Positions 1 to 11,840 are shown, numbered from the whole stretch's first letter. The stretch is 63,972 bases of DNA, filler included, from Octopus bimaculoides (GCF_001194135.2; 6 parts of 6 records of this genome joined end to end with filler, not necessarily neighbours in it); one strand, 5' to 3'. Notes: generated from the letters alone by a model not told the origin. A program made the numbers and translations.

Positions 1-169
1 GTATATATATATATATATACCACATGAACTATGATGAAAAAGATATGGTATATAATTTTTTTGGTGCAGGGGTTAGTTGAAATATGTTTGTTGTTGAAAT
101 ATATTTGTCACATACCTAAACACTGCTTTGCACCAATGCTTTGTTAATTAATTTGATCAGGTGATCTAC

Positions 170-335
170 TAGTGCAAATCAGTCAATGTGTTGACTGCGT
201 TACATATAGCTTTATTAAGTTCATTCAGAATTGCTTCTCTTAGGTACATCTCATTGACAAGAGCCAAAAAAACTTGAAACATCGATGCCTGAGATTCCTG
301 AGAGATAGCGATACTGAACGAACTGGGTGTTTTCA
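170..335 (-). CDS. Possible exon of an unidentified gene (ESQASMFQVFLALVNEMYLREAILNELNKAICNAVNTLTDLH*)
   Basis: About 55-codon stop-free, non-repetitive frame with an amphipathic-helix look; candidate acceptor tatcgctatctctcag. No family recognised. Confidence 0.2.
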
Positions 336-444
336 CCTCTTTTTACCATAAGAGAGATTTTTCTCCACGGTAACTGCAGTGTATTTGCCTTTTAGCAGTT
401 GAAATATGTGATAGATAAACATTTTTCAACTAACCTATATATAT

Positions 445-500
<56 letters not shown>

Positions 501-504
<4 letters not shown>

Positions 505-1077
505 TCATCATCATCATCATTTAACGTCCGCTTTCCATGTTCGCATAGCTTGGATAATTTGACTAGGAACTGGCGAACCAGATGGCTACACCAGACTCCA
601 ATCTGATCTGGCAGAGTTTCTACAGCTGGATGCCCTTCCTAATGCCAACCACTCAGAGAGTGTAGTGGGTGCTTTTATGTGCCACTGGCACGAAGGTCAG
701 TCAGGCGGTACTGGCAACGGCCACCTCAAATGGTGTTTTTTACGTCCCACTTGCACAGGAGTCAGTCCAATGTTTTGTTCATATGCCACCACCAAAGCTG
801 GAAATGATCGTGCTGAAATGGTGCTTTTTACATGCCACCGGCAGAGAAGCAAGACCACTGCTCTGGCAGTGATCCTGCTCGGATGGTGCTGTTAGCGCTC
901 CACTGGCACGGGTGCCAGTCATCGAATTTGGTTCAGTTTCGATCTCACTTGCCCCAACAGGTCTTCACAAGCTGAGTTTAGTGTCCAATGAAAGAAGGTT
1001 GGCTTGGGTGCCAGTCATCGAATTTGGTGCAATTTCGATTTCAATTTCACTTGCCTCAGCAGGTCTTCACAAGCAGG
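501..1077 (-). mobile_element. 3' UTR/tail of RTE-type LINE family (same family as 4593-5091)
   Basis: Reverse complement shares ttaggaagggcatccagctgtagaaac and the (GAT)n tail with 4593-5091; runs into an N gap. Confidence 0.8.
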
Positions 1078-1230
1078 NNNNNNNNNNNNNNNNNNNNNNN
1101 NNNNNNNNNNNNNNNNNNNNNNNNNNNNNNNNNNNNNNNNNNNNNNNNNNNNNNNNNNNNNNNNNNNNNNNNNNNNNNNNNNNNNNNNNNNNNNNNNNNN
1201 NNNNNNNNNNNNNNNNNNNNNNNNNNNNNN

Positions 1231-1261
<31 letters not shown>

Positions 1262-1344
1262 TATTTTACTTATTTTACTGGTTGTCATTATTAGATTATA
1301 ACCATGCTTGGGCAATCTGCTGCAACTGCTATCACAACCACCAC

Positions 1345-1372
1345 TTTCTCTAACAACACTATGACTACTACA

Positions 1373-1416
<44 letters not shown>

Positions 1417-1640
1417 ACAACTGTAAATATCTCCACCACCACAGCCGTAGCACTTAGCACTGCTGCTGCCACCGCTTCACCACCTCTACCGTCGCTACCA
1501 TCGCTGCTACTGTTAATTACTGCAATCAGTACCACTCAAAGCACCAGCTCCACTCCCACCACTTCTACCACTACCACTGCTACTAATAGTGCTGCCAATA
1601 CAACCACACCTACACACCACCACCACCACCACCACCACCG
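1345..1640. repeat. Cryptic (ACT)n/(ACC)n trinucleotide repeat
   Basis: Visible in sequence. Confidence 0.9.
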
Positions 1641-1969
1641 CCTCTATGACAACTATTTAGCATTTAACAAGATGCTAATTATCTTGTAGTGTATGTCCCA
1701 GTCACAAGTTAGCAACACATTTTTTTTTTCTGAAACTCATTATACGGTTATTGAAAAAGTTCTTTGAATTCCTCCTCTTGAAGCCTTTTAAACTACAATT
1801 ACAGCAACCAATTGACATTGCTGAAACATCTAAAGAAGACCTTTCATTTTCCATACTGCGTTGTGAAATTATTTTCGAAAACTATGTCTCGCTCTCTCTC
1901 TTTCACAAAAATAACAGGCACCTCAGTATTTATATACATCCACAGAGACAATAGGCTTTTGCAAATGTT

Positions 1970-2600
1970 CATCATCATCATCTTCATCATCGTCATCATC
2001 ATCATTACCGCTGTCGATATCATCATCATCATCATCATCATCATCACTGCTGTCGTCATCATCATCACTATCATCATCACTGCCATCATCGTCATCATCA
2101 CCACCACTGCCGTCGTCATCATCATCACTNNNNNNNNNNCCACCGCCGTCGTCATCATCATCACTATCGTCGCCGTTGTCACCACCATCATCGTTGTCGT
2201 CATCATCATCATTACCATTGTTGTCATCATTACCGTCGTCGTCGCCATCATCATCACCATTGTCATTGTCATCACCGTCATTGTCATCATCACCACCGCC
2301 GCCGCCATCATCATCGTCATCATCATCATCAGCATCACTGCCATCATCGTCATCATCATCTCCGCCGCCGTCATCATCATCAAACATCATAGTTGTTGTA
2401 ATCATCATTACCGTTGTTGTCGTCATCACTATCGTCATCGTCGCCATCACCATTGTCGTCGACATCACCACCATCGTCGTCATCATTGCCATCATCATCC
2501 CCGTTGTCATCGTCATCACCGTCATTGTCATCATCATCATTGTCATCATCACCATTACCGTTATTATCATCTTCATCATCATCATCATTGTTGTCATCAT
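1970..2600. repeat. Cryptic (ATC/GTC/ACC)n low-complexity tract
   Basis: Degenerate trinucleotide repeat; source of the poly-D/H/I/M pseudo-ORFs. Confidence 0.9.
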
Positions 2601-2814
2601 CCTTATCCAGTAGTTTTGTTCTTTTATTGTGCCCTTCCACTGCACCACCAAGCACAGCTCTGTGTGCTTTGGGTATGTGCTGGGGTTCGTTTCAGTCTTA
2701 TTAATTTCTACCATACTGTAAGTGCTCTCTATGCAATACGTGTCCTGCCCAGAAGTGCTGCTTTCTCTACATTATACTTAGTTGTGGGTTTTAGTTATGC
2801 ATTTATCTTTCATT

Positions 2815-3224
2815 TTTTACTTGTGTCAGTCATTTGATTGTGGTCATGCTGGGGCACCTCCTGGAAAGCTTTTAGTCGAACAAATAGACCCAGGACTTAT
2901 TTTTGAAAGCCTAGTACTTATTCTAGTGGTGTCTTTTGCTGAACTGTTAAAGTACAGGGACATAAACACACCAACACCGGATGTCAAGAATGGTGGGGGA
3001 CAGACAGAGACACACACAGATATATACATACATATATATACATGTGTGTCTGTGTGTGTAAGTGTGTCATGAGCATCTTTTCAGTTTCTGTCTACCAAAT
3101 CTACTCACAAGGCTTTGGTGGATCCAAGACTATAGTAGAAGACACTTGCACAAGGTACGACACAGTGGGACTGAACCCAGAACCATGTGGTTGGTAAGCA
3201 AGCTAATTACCACACAGCCATGCC
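2815..3224 (-). mobile_element. tRNA-derived SINE family A (internal TA/CA microsatellite)
   Basis: Reverse complement matches 5678-6066: head gtggtaa(g/t)tagcttgcttaccaaccacatggttc and tail ggtgc(t/c)ccagcatg. Confidence 0.85.
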
Positions 3225-3686
3225 CCTCTGCTTTGTTTTTGTTTTTTTCTTTATCATACCAAAAGCAGCTTTTATTATAAGGATTGTTTCAGCAGGAAGC
3301 TAGCAAAACTGTTTGAGATAAGACGCCTTGCCATATTTCTTCTGGCTCTTAACATTCTGAATTCAAATCTTGCCAAGGTCAACTTTATCTTTCATCCGGC
3401 TGAGGTTGATAAAATGGAGCACAGTCAAGAAGTGGAGTCAAATAGTACCAACTAATCCGCACCAACCCTCAAAACCATTACTAAGGATGGTGAACAGGCA
3501 GACATGTTAGAGCATTAGACAAATTGCCATGGGATGTTTCTTTTGGTGCTTTAAATTTTGGTTTCAAATCCTGTTGAAGTCAGCTTTGCCTTTTATTATT
3601 CTTTTGGGGGTCAATAAAATAAAGGACCAATCAATTTCTCAAGTCAGTTTTATTGATTTTATGCTCTCATCTCCAAATATTATTTT

Positions 3687-3905
3687 AAGCCAGTGCACTG
3701 GCTGAATCATTAGCACACTGGGAAAAACGCTTAGAAGTATTTTGTCTGCCACTACGTTCAGAGTTTAAATTCTGCCAAGGCCAACTTTGTCTTTCATCTT
3801 TGTTTGTGGTCAATAAATTAAGTACCAGTGGAACACTGGGGTCGATGTAAATGACTAGTGTTCCCCCCATCCATTTCAGGCCTTGTGCCTATAATAGAAA
3901 GGATT
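3687..3905 (+). mobile_element. tRNA-derived SINE family B
   Basis: Degenerate head, core ctttgtctttcatc...gataaattaagtaccag, tail ggccttgtgcctataatagaaagg-(att)n. Confidence 0.8.
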
Positions 3906-3923
3906 ATTATTATTATTATTATT

Positions 3924-4155
3924 AAGGTGGCGAGCTGGCAGAATCGTTAGCATGCTGGGCAAAATGCTTAGCAATATTTCTTCTGTTTTTATGTTCTGAG
4001 TTCAAATTCCGCCGAGGTCGACTTTGCCTTTCATCCTTTCAGGGTCGATAAATTAAGTACCAGTTGCGTACTGGGGTCAATCTAATCGACTTGCCCCCTC
4101 CCCCGGCCCAATTTCAGGCCTTGTGCCTATAGTAGAAAGGATTATTATTATTATT
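3924..4155 (+). mobile_element. SINE family B, full length, tandem to the previous copy
   Basis: A-box tggcagaatcgttag, B-box gagttcaaattcc, core gtcgactttgcctttcatcctttc..ggtcgataaattaagtaccag, (att)n tail. Confidence 0.9.
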
Positions 4156-4381
4156 TTTTGTTTGACCAAGAAAGTTTAATTCCTAACATTCCATTCACAC
4201 ATCAAATTCCTGCATCAAGGAATCTCAGGCTAGTTTCATTAAAATACCAAAATGTTATGTAACTTATGTACAGTAAGCATTTCATGTTATGTTTTTCTCT
4301 GCAAGTTCTTCAACCATTTCCACAGAAATTAACAGGAAATTATGTTCATGTAATCTTTCTTTGGTCAGTTAAAATAAATAC

Positions 4382-4452
4382 CCGCTTTTCATCTTGTACT
4401 TTACCCCTCTATTTCCAAGCTCTATCTTGTACTTTACACCTCTATCTCCAAG
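4382..4452 (-). CDS. Candidate 71-nt exon, LGDRGVKYKIELGNRGVKYKMKS(G)
   Basis: Acceptor ctcattgttttcatttcag, donor GG|gtattt; only one frame open; contains a 33-bp in-frame duplication. Confidence 0.3.
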
Positions 4453-4592
4453 CTGAAATGAAAACAATGAGAAGAACTACTTGTTTGCTTGAGCTGGTAG
4501 AAATAGCAGCTAAATCTCCCTACTGTCTTAAAAACAGAAGGACAATATATGTTGAATAATGTGCAGTGAACTACACTATCTGAATAATACTT

Positions 4593-5091
4593 TCATATGT
4601 GTATGGATGTGGACAGCTGTGTGAAAAAGTGTCACACCCTAACAGTGGAGGGAACCTGTGGAAGAGGTAGACCCAGAAAGACCCAGGATGAGGTGGTGAA
4701 GCATGACTTTTGAACATTCGGTCTGACAGAAGCAATGACAAGTGACCGAGACCTTTGGAGATATACTGTACTTGAGAAGATCCAGCAAGCCAAGTGAGAT
4801 CGTAGCCATAGCCGATGCCAATGTTGTATAACTGGCTCCCGTGCCAGTAACGCATGAAAAGCACCATTCGAGTGTAGTCAATGCCAGTGCCACCTGACTG
4901 TCCCCTCACCACCACCGTACCAGTGGCACGTAAAAAGCACACACTACAGTCTCAGAGTGGTTGGTGTTAGGAAGAGCATCCAGCTGTAGAAACCTTGCCA
5001 GATCAGATTGGTTTGCCAGTCCTCAGTCAAGCTATCCAACACATGCCAGCAGGGAAAGCAGGCATTAAACGATGATGATGGTGATGATGAT
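4593..5091 (+). mobile_element. 5'-truncated RTE-clade LINE: ORF C-terminus + 3' UTR + (GAT)n tail
   Basis: Translates CVKKCHTLTVEGTCGRGRPRKTQDEVVKHD, the GRGRPRKTW-type C-terminus of RTE ORFs; tail aaacgatgatgat. Confidence 0.8.
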
Positions 5092-5139
5092 GACTTTGGC
5101 ACAATGCCAGCAATTTTAGAGGAAGGAGTAAGTTGATTA

Positions 5140-5310
5140 CACCAACTCTCATTGCTCAACTGGTACTTATTTTACAGACCTCTGAAAGGATCAAAAACAA
5201 AGCTGACCTCAGTGACATTTGAACTCATGACCTAAAGCCAGAAGAAATGCCAAGCCACTAAACATTTCATCTGAAGTGCTAACAATGCTAACAATGCGGC
5301 CAGCTCTCAG
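5140..5310 (-). mobile_element. Degenerate SINE family B
   Basis: Reverse complement of the core and B-box (tttgaactca) recognisable. Confidence 0.6.
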
Positions 5311-5331
5311 TATTATTTTTCTTCTAGTTAA

Positions 5332-5516
5332 CCCTTTCACTGTGAAATTAAATTTCATGGTTATTCCAGTAATGATGTTAAAATATCCACCAAAAAATAG
5401 AATTGGTATTTTCTGCTAACCACATTGCTTCGATAAACTTGACATATCTCAACAGAAGCATGACATTTCTCAACAAAAGATTGATTAGTTTGTAAAACCG
5501 GTCTCGCAGTTAAGGG
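5332..5516. mobile_element. piggyBac-like MITE (short, imperfect TIR)
   Basis: TTAA|CCCTTTCACTG ... CAGTTAAGGG|TAA. Confidence 0.4.
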
Positions 5517-5556
5517 TAATGAATTGTTGAATTGATATATCTACTTTTTCCATTAA

Positions 5557-6231
5557 CCCTTTGGCATTCAGATTACACTGCCAAATGTAATGCTTATTTA
5601 TTCACATTGTTTAAAATTACCGTATTTTAATGTGTATAAGGAACCCATTTTTGCCAAAACCTGGGTTAAAAAAATATAGGCGCAGGAGTGGCTGTGTGGT
5701 AAGTAGCTTGCTAACCAACCACATGGTTCCAGGTTCAGTCCCACTGCATGGCACTTTGGGCAAATGTCTTCTACTATAGCCTCGGGCCGACCAAAGCCTT
5801 GTGAGTGGATTTGGTAGACAGAAACTGAAAGAAGCCCGTCGTATATATATATATATATATATACATGCATGTGTGTGTATATGTTTGTGTGTGTGTGTGT
5901 GTGTGTCTCCCAACATCGCTTGACATCGATGCTGGTGTGTTTATGTCCCCGTAACTTAGCGGTTCGGCAAAAGAGACCGATAGAATAAGTCCTGGGGTCG
6001 ATTTGCTCGACTAAAGGCGGTGCTCCAGCATGGCCACAGTCAAAATGACTAAAGAATAAAAGAATACACGGTAATCTTGCATTATCTCAAAGCTTTGAGA
6101 GTTTGATGATGTAATTGTTTACTTTTAGAATGGCAATGTAAAGTTGGTACGAGAGGCCAGATCTGGCCACCTTGAACATAAAACAGATAAAATATCTGGG
6201 ATGGATACGGCTCGGTTTAAATGCTAAAAAG
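5557..6231. mobile_element. piggyBac-like MITE interrupted by a family A SINE
   Basis: TTAA|CCCTTTGGCATT ... AATGCTAAAAAG|TTAA: imperfect TIR with TTAA on both sides. Confidence 0.55.
5678..6066 (+). mobile_element. SINE family A, near full length
   Basis: tRNA-like head (gtggtaagtagcttg...ggttcagtcc), CORE-like ctttgggcaaatgtc, internal (TA)n(TG)n, tail aggcggtgctccagcatggcc. Confidence 0.9.
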
Positions 6232-6471
6232 TTAAAAACTTTGGTAAATTTTTGACAGCTGGAACTGAACATGTTAAGCTTTTCCTTTATCACCGATGTT
6301 AAAACAACACAGAAATATTGAGGGGTGTGGAGGAGAGAATGTACTTTAGGTTAGGGGGTACTTTTTCTGTAGGGTGAAGAAGAAGAGGAAAGTTTGGATG
6401 GTGTTTCACGCCATTTTATTGAGTTATTGCAAAATAAATATTTTATATGATTATAAACAAGGATTTCAACA

Positions 6472-6508
6472 TCAGCAGAAATAGGCTGCGATTATTCTCA
6501 ACTTCTTA
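6472..6508 (-). CDS. Candidate terminal coding exon (S)KKLRIIAAYFC*
   Basis: Strong acceptor gattttgttttctgtttttcttcttag; phase matches the 7240-7315 exon; AATAAA about 50 nt after the stop (6415-6420). Confidence 0.35.
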
Positions 6509-6559
6509 CTAAGAAGAAAAACAGAAAACAAAATCTTTTTTCTTCATTTGTTTATCTGT

Positions 6560-6848
6560 TTCTCTGTCTGTTTGTCTTTCTCTCTCTCCCCCCTTTCTCT
6601 CTTCTCTCACTACTTATCTTCTCTCTCTTCCCCCCTCCTATCTCTCTCTTTCTCTTGTCATCTCTCCCTGTCGCTTTCTTTTGTATCCCTCCCTCTTTCT
6701 CTTCTCTCACTCTCTCTATTCTTTCTCCACTTATCCTCCCTCTCTCTCTCTCTTCCTCCCTCTCCACCATTCTCTCTCTCTTCCTCCCTCCCCACCATTC
6801 TCTCTTTCTCCCTCCCCACCATTCTCTCTCTCTCTTTCTCCCTCTCTA
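6560..6848. repeat. Polypyrimidine/polypurine (CT)-rich tract with ~25-bp subrepeats
   Basis: tctctctcttcctccctc(c/t)ccaccat repeated about 3 times. Confidence 0.85.
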
Positions 6849-6958
6849 NNNNNNNNNNNNNNNNNNNNNNNNNNNNNNNNNNNNNNNNNNNNNNNNNNNN
6901 NNNNNNNNNNNNNNNNNNNNNNNNNNNNNNNNNNNNNNNNNNNNNNNNTCTATCTATC

Positions 6959-6989
<31 letters not shown>

Positions 6990-7239
6990 CTCTCTCTCCA
7001 TTTTCACATTTGCACATTTTCTGTATTTATTATTCAATCTTATGGAAGATTATCATTTACCATGCTATATATATTAGACCCCTGTCTTCCATCTGGGGTT
7101 CCAAAACCCACATTATCTGGGTGCCATATGGGAAGTATTGGCAGCTAACAGGGTGGCCATGTAAGGTGGGTCCTGACACATAAAAATAGGTACCATATGT
7201 TTTTAAAAACTGTATCACTGCAAAAGCAACAACACATAC

Positions 7240-7315
7240 CTTGCAAGATAATGGTAATGTGCAACCGGATTTTCTGCAGTTTGCTGCACAACTTCATTTG
7301 CTTTCTGCACCATTT
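7240..7315 (-). CDS. Candidate 76-nt internal exon, MVQKANEVVQQTAENPVAHYHYLA
   Basis: Acceptor ttatctttataaatag, strong donor AAG|gtatgt; a second frame is also open; protein not recognised. Confidence 0.4.
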
Positions 7316-8883
7316 CTATTTATAAAGATAACACTCTAATGCTAATGATAATATTTAATTTCTCTTGGAGAGGCAGAAATGGTAACACAAAAGATTTGAT
7401 GCCATATTAAGCCATTACATGTTTAGTTGCGTTCTGAAGTCACTTTTGTCCATCATTCATCTATGGTTAGTAAATGAAATACCAGGCATATACTGAGGTG
7501 GGTTTAATTTACTTTTCTCTTTCATGTGTGTTTATATATATATATATATATATNNNNNNNNNNNNNNNNNNNNNNNNNNNNNNNNNNNNNNNNNNNNNNN
7601 NNNNNNNNNNNNNNNNNNNNNNNNNNNNNNNNNNNNNNNNNNNNNNNNNNNNNNNNNNNNNNNNNNNNNNNNNNNNNNNNNNNNNNNNNNNNNNNNNNNN
7701 NNNNNNNNNNNNNNNNNNNNNNNNNNNNNNNNNNNNNNNNNNNNNNNNNNNNNNNNNNNNNNNNNNNNNNNNNNNNNNNNNNNNNNNNNNNNNNNNNNNN
7801 NNNNNNNNNNNNNNNNNNNNNNNNNNNNNNNNNNNNNNNNNNNNNNNNNNNNNNNNNNNNNNNNNNNNNNNNNNNNNNNNNNNNNNNNNNNNNNNNNNNN
7901 NNNNNNNNNNNNNNNNNNNNNNNNNNNNNNNNNNNNNNNNNNNNNNNNNNNNNNNNNNNNNNNNNNNNNNNNNNNNNNNNNNNNNNNNNNNNNNNNNNNN
8001 NNNNNNNNNNNNNNNNNNNNNNNNNNNNNNNNNNNNNNNNNNNNNNNNNNNNNNNNNNNNNNNNNNNNNNNNNNNNNNNNNNNNNNNNNNNNNNNNNNNN
8101 NNNNNNNNNNNNNNNNNNNNNNNNNNNNNNNNNNNNNNNNNNNNNNNNNNNNNNNNNNNNNNNNNNNNNNNNNNNNNNNNNNNNNNNNNNNNNNNNNNNN
8201 NNNNNNNNNNNNNNNNNNNNNNNNNNNNNNNNNNNNNNNNNNNNNNNNNNNNNNNNNNNNNNNNNNNNNNNNNNNNNNNNNNNNNNNNNNNNNNNNNNNN
8301 NNNNNNNNNNNNNNNNNNNNNNNNNNNNNNNNNNNNNNNNNNNNNNNNNNNNNNNNNNNNNNNNNNNNNNNNNNNNNNNNNNNNNNNNNNNNNNNNNNNN
8401 NNNNNNNNNNNNNNNNNNNNNNNNNNNNNNNNNNNNNNNNNNNNNNNNNNNNNNNNNNNNNNNNNNNNNNNNNNNNNNNNNNNNNNNNNNNNNNNNNNNN
8501 NNNNNNNNNNNNNNNNNNNNNNNNNNNNNNNNNNNNNNNNNNNNNATATATATATATATATAGTTGAAATTTATAGAAAAACAAAAGACGAAGACAGGTG
8601 TATGAACAATATGCAGGTGTATTAGTTTGATGCTTGGGAAAGTGAGAAATTCTTTTATATTTCGAGCCTACACTCTCCAACAGAAGAGAGAATGACAAAA
8701 GTGGTGGATTTAGGAGTCCAGTATGGTGACTGGTTGGAAAAAAAAGGTTTGACAGGGGAGGTAGAAAGAAGGGGAGACAATAAAGTATATTGGTGATCCC
8801 AATACAGGCACATACACACACACATATATATGGGCTTCTTGCAGTTTCCATCTACCATATATATATATATATATTTTAAACAA

Positions 8884-8927
<44 letters not shown>

Positions 8928-8968
8928 ATGTATACATACAAATATATATACATACATATACACACATA

Positions 8969-9199
8969 CAGGGTTGGCCAAAAGTCACCCGACAGTAAAT
9001 CAAAATTCCATAAATACTCATTGCAATTCTGAATGTTTAATAATGTCTAATAATTGAATGCTGTGAGTTAAAATCACAATTCTTTTTCAACATTTGTCTA
9101 TTTATTAGCGAAGTCTCATATAGAATAATTTTTTGTTTTAATCTTGGTGCTAAATGGGTTTTTTTTAATCTACTGTCAGGTGACTTTTGGCCAACCCTG
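8969..9199. mobile_element. Tc1/mariner-type MITE (231 bp)
   Basis: 29-bp TIR CAGGGTTGGCCAAAAGTCACC(C/T)GACAGTA with one mismatch; TA on both sides. Confidence 0.9.
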
Positions 9200-9749
9200 T
9201 ATATATTTGTATATATGTATATGTATATATGTATGTGTGTGTGTATGTATGCATGTATGTACATATATGTCTGTATGTGTATATGCATACATATATATAT
9301 GTGTGTGTGTGTGCAGGGCTCCAACAATTTTTGGCACTACAACCACCTTTTTCATCGACCACAACTGCTTAACCTCCCAAGCTAACCTGTCATATCTATC
9401 GACTTTTCTTTCTTCTTTATCGCATCATTATTATTATTAATTTCTCTTTACAGAAGAGATAGGGTCTGCAAAGGTCATTGCATTGAATTTCCTCGCTAGT
9501 TTAATTTATTAAACCAAAAACTAAAAGATAAATAAATAGATAATGAAAACACGATGCTAACAAACTGAAACCATGACTTGTTTCCTGCTTCTCGGTGAAA
9601 ACTATTTCACATTATTTACAACCCTAAATACCCTTGAGAAAAGCATACTTTCTGAAAAAATTATTTCCTTCTTTTAAAATATAAGTACTTGAACAAAGAA
9701 GAGAAATTCTCGTTATGGCAACAATTACATTCTGGGGAGGAATTTCAAC

Positions 9750-9900
9750 CATGTTTCGTGGTCTGCTACCACAACAGCTCCTTTATAGGATCCAGTTAGC
9801 TCAAGACATCATCAGGAGGAACCACGTCCGGTTTCGGCCCCTACTCCTCTACCGTTTTGACGTGGCGGGGCCCCTCCTTTCGGAGGTGTCTTCAGCTCTG
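9750..9900 (-). ncRNA. Two degenerate hammerhead-like motifs in a GC-rich hairpin island
   Basis: CTGAAGA...GGCCCC/GGGGCC-GAAA-CC/GG-TT followed by CTGATGA...GAAAC; stem I imperfect. Confidence 0.35.
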
Positions 9901-9974
9901 GTGTTGGGTGGATAATATTTTCCTCTGTGTGTACATGTGAGCGTGTGCGCCTGTTTCATTTTCTCATTTCTCAA

Positions 9975-10112
9975 CTGCTACTTGATTTATCGACCCCAAA
10001 AGGATGAAAGGCAAAGTGGACCTCAGCAGAATTTGAACTCAGAACATAGCGACAAACAAAATACTGCTAAGCATTTCGTCCTGTGTGCTAACGATTCTGC
10101 CGGCTCACCATC
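9975..10112 (-). mobile_element. SINE family B (5' half)
   Basis: Reverse complement of head and core. Confidence 0.8.
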
Positions 10113-10135
10113 TTGATGATGATAATAATGATTTT

Positions 10136-10182
<47 letters not shown>

Positions 10183-10401
10183 GCTACTCTTGATGTTGTT
10201 ATAATTATTTAAGTTGAAAATGTAATTCTCTGAACTGTCTGCATTCATAATTCATTCTATTTATCTAGACAGGCCCCAGGGTGTAGACATCGGTGAAGAA
10301 GCCAAATAAATGAGCCAATGCAATCTAATTATTTAGCCCTGACCACACAAATCGTTTGCTTTATGTTGATCATCCACGCGTACAAACACATATAATACCT
10401 G

Positions 10402-10455
<54 letters not shown>

Positions 10456-11142
10456 TCTGTGTATGTGTTTTGTGTTATATAAAAGCATACTATATGTATA
10501 TTTGCATGTATGTATAGTACATGTATACGTATATATACTGTATACATATGCACACACACACACAAACTTATAGATGCTAGCATGGTTGTGTTGTTAAGAG
10601 GTTTCCTTCAAAACTTTGGGGGTTCGATTCCACTGCACAACTATACACATTACTGAGATCCAGTAGTCCCTATAAATGTTTTCATCTGATTCGATATATG
10701 CAAACATGTTATCTCCTAGTATAATAGGGAAGGAAGGGGTGAAGAAGAAAATCAGTGTTTCAACTCCGTGTGAATATGTCTGTGTGTATCAACTGAAATA
10801 CTCATCGTCATCACAGACGTAGAGCCAGTTTACAATTCGTGGATTTGCTTGGCTCTGGCTAAAATGAAGTCAAGATTTATTTCAACATCTTTCATCTAAA
10901 AAAAAAACGCCAAAAGAAACCAAAGTAATGAAGTAATGAAACAAAATTGTTCTAAGTCACGTATTTATTGTCAATACATGACTTGTATACACATTATATA
11001 CGATTAAATGGCATTTATACGTGTGAAAAACTGTTCATTCTAAGCCCAAAGCAAAATAAAGCCAATGAAACAAAACATTTACGTCAATCATTTGTTGACC
11101 AATACATGACATGTACAGATTAAAAACACCTCATATCATGGC

Positions 11143-11190
<48 letters not shown>

Positions 11191-11568
11191 GTATTTTTTA
11201 ATATTAATGACTGAGACAAATATTCCAGGTGTTACCACAGAGACACTCTGTCACAATCTTGTTATTTCATGGAGCAATACACCAAGAGATGATCTTTCCT
11301 TTTTGAGGTGGGTTACCAAAAGCATTATTTTCTTTTTTCTCATGACTTTTTGTTCAGAATTCATTTAGTATTTAAAAGGGTTGAAGCCTGTAACGTAGGT
11401 GTATTTTAAAAACAAATGTCCTCTCGTGTTTGGGTGTTTCCAGTATTCACTGGCATTCACTTCCACTTCCTTAAAAGAGGTTGAAAACATCTTATCAAAC
11501 TCAAATTAACACTTGCATGCTCACTTACACACATATGTACTTAAATACGAATATACATACATATATAT

Positions 11569-11833
11569 TGTTATATGGACTGTTAGATATGTAATTCGTC
11601 TGACGTTCCGTGTGTCATGTGGTTCGTCTGAGTTCATTGTTTCATTGTTGTTGTCTTGTGGGACTATCGTAGTAAAATGTCATTGATATATATATGGCGG
11701 ACATGACTTTTGTTTATTCATAACGAACATTGGGCGAGTGCGTTCTTTGTATGTAATTGAACAATAAATGTAATAATTAAATTGTATAACTCGTTATGTT
11801 ATCTCTGCGAGTCAGTCCGAGGGAAACATAACA
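11569..11833. mobile_element. Probable solo LTR (265 bp)
   Basis: TGTTAT...ATAACA inverted ends, internal AATAAA, 5-bp TATAT on both flanks. The flank is a TA repeat, so the TSD is weak evidence. Confidence 0.5.
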
Positions 11834-11840
11834 TATATAC

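Noticed and set aside
910-1075. ~99-bp direct repeat
   Set aside because: Lies within the RTE 3' region next to a gap; an ordinary internal repeat or assembly overlap.
1812-2837. Long ORFs rich in D, H, I, M or S
   Set aside because: Translations of a cryptic trinucleotide repeat, open on both strands, with no splice context or domain.
7474-8851. 300-440 aa ORFs here and at 21492-22571 and 44392-45280
   Set aside because: Made of N gaps and (TA)n.
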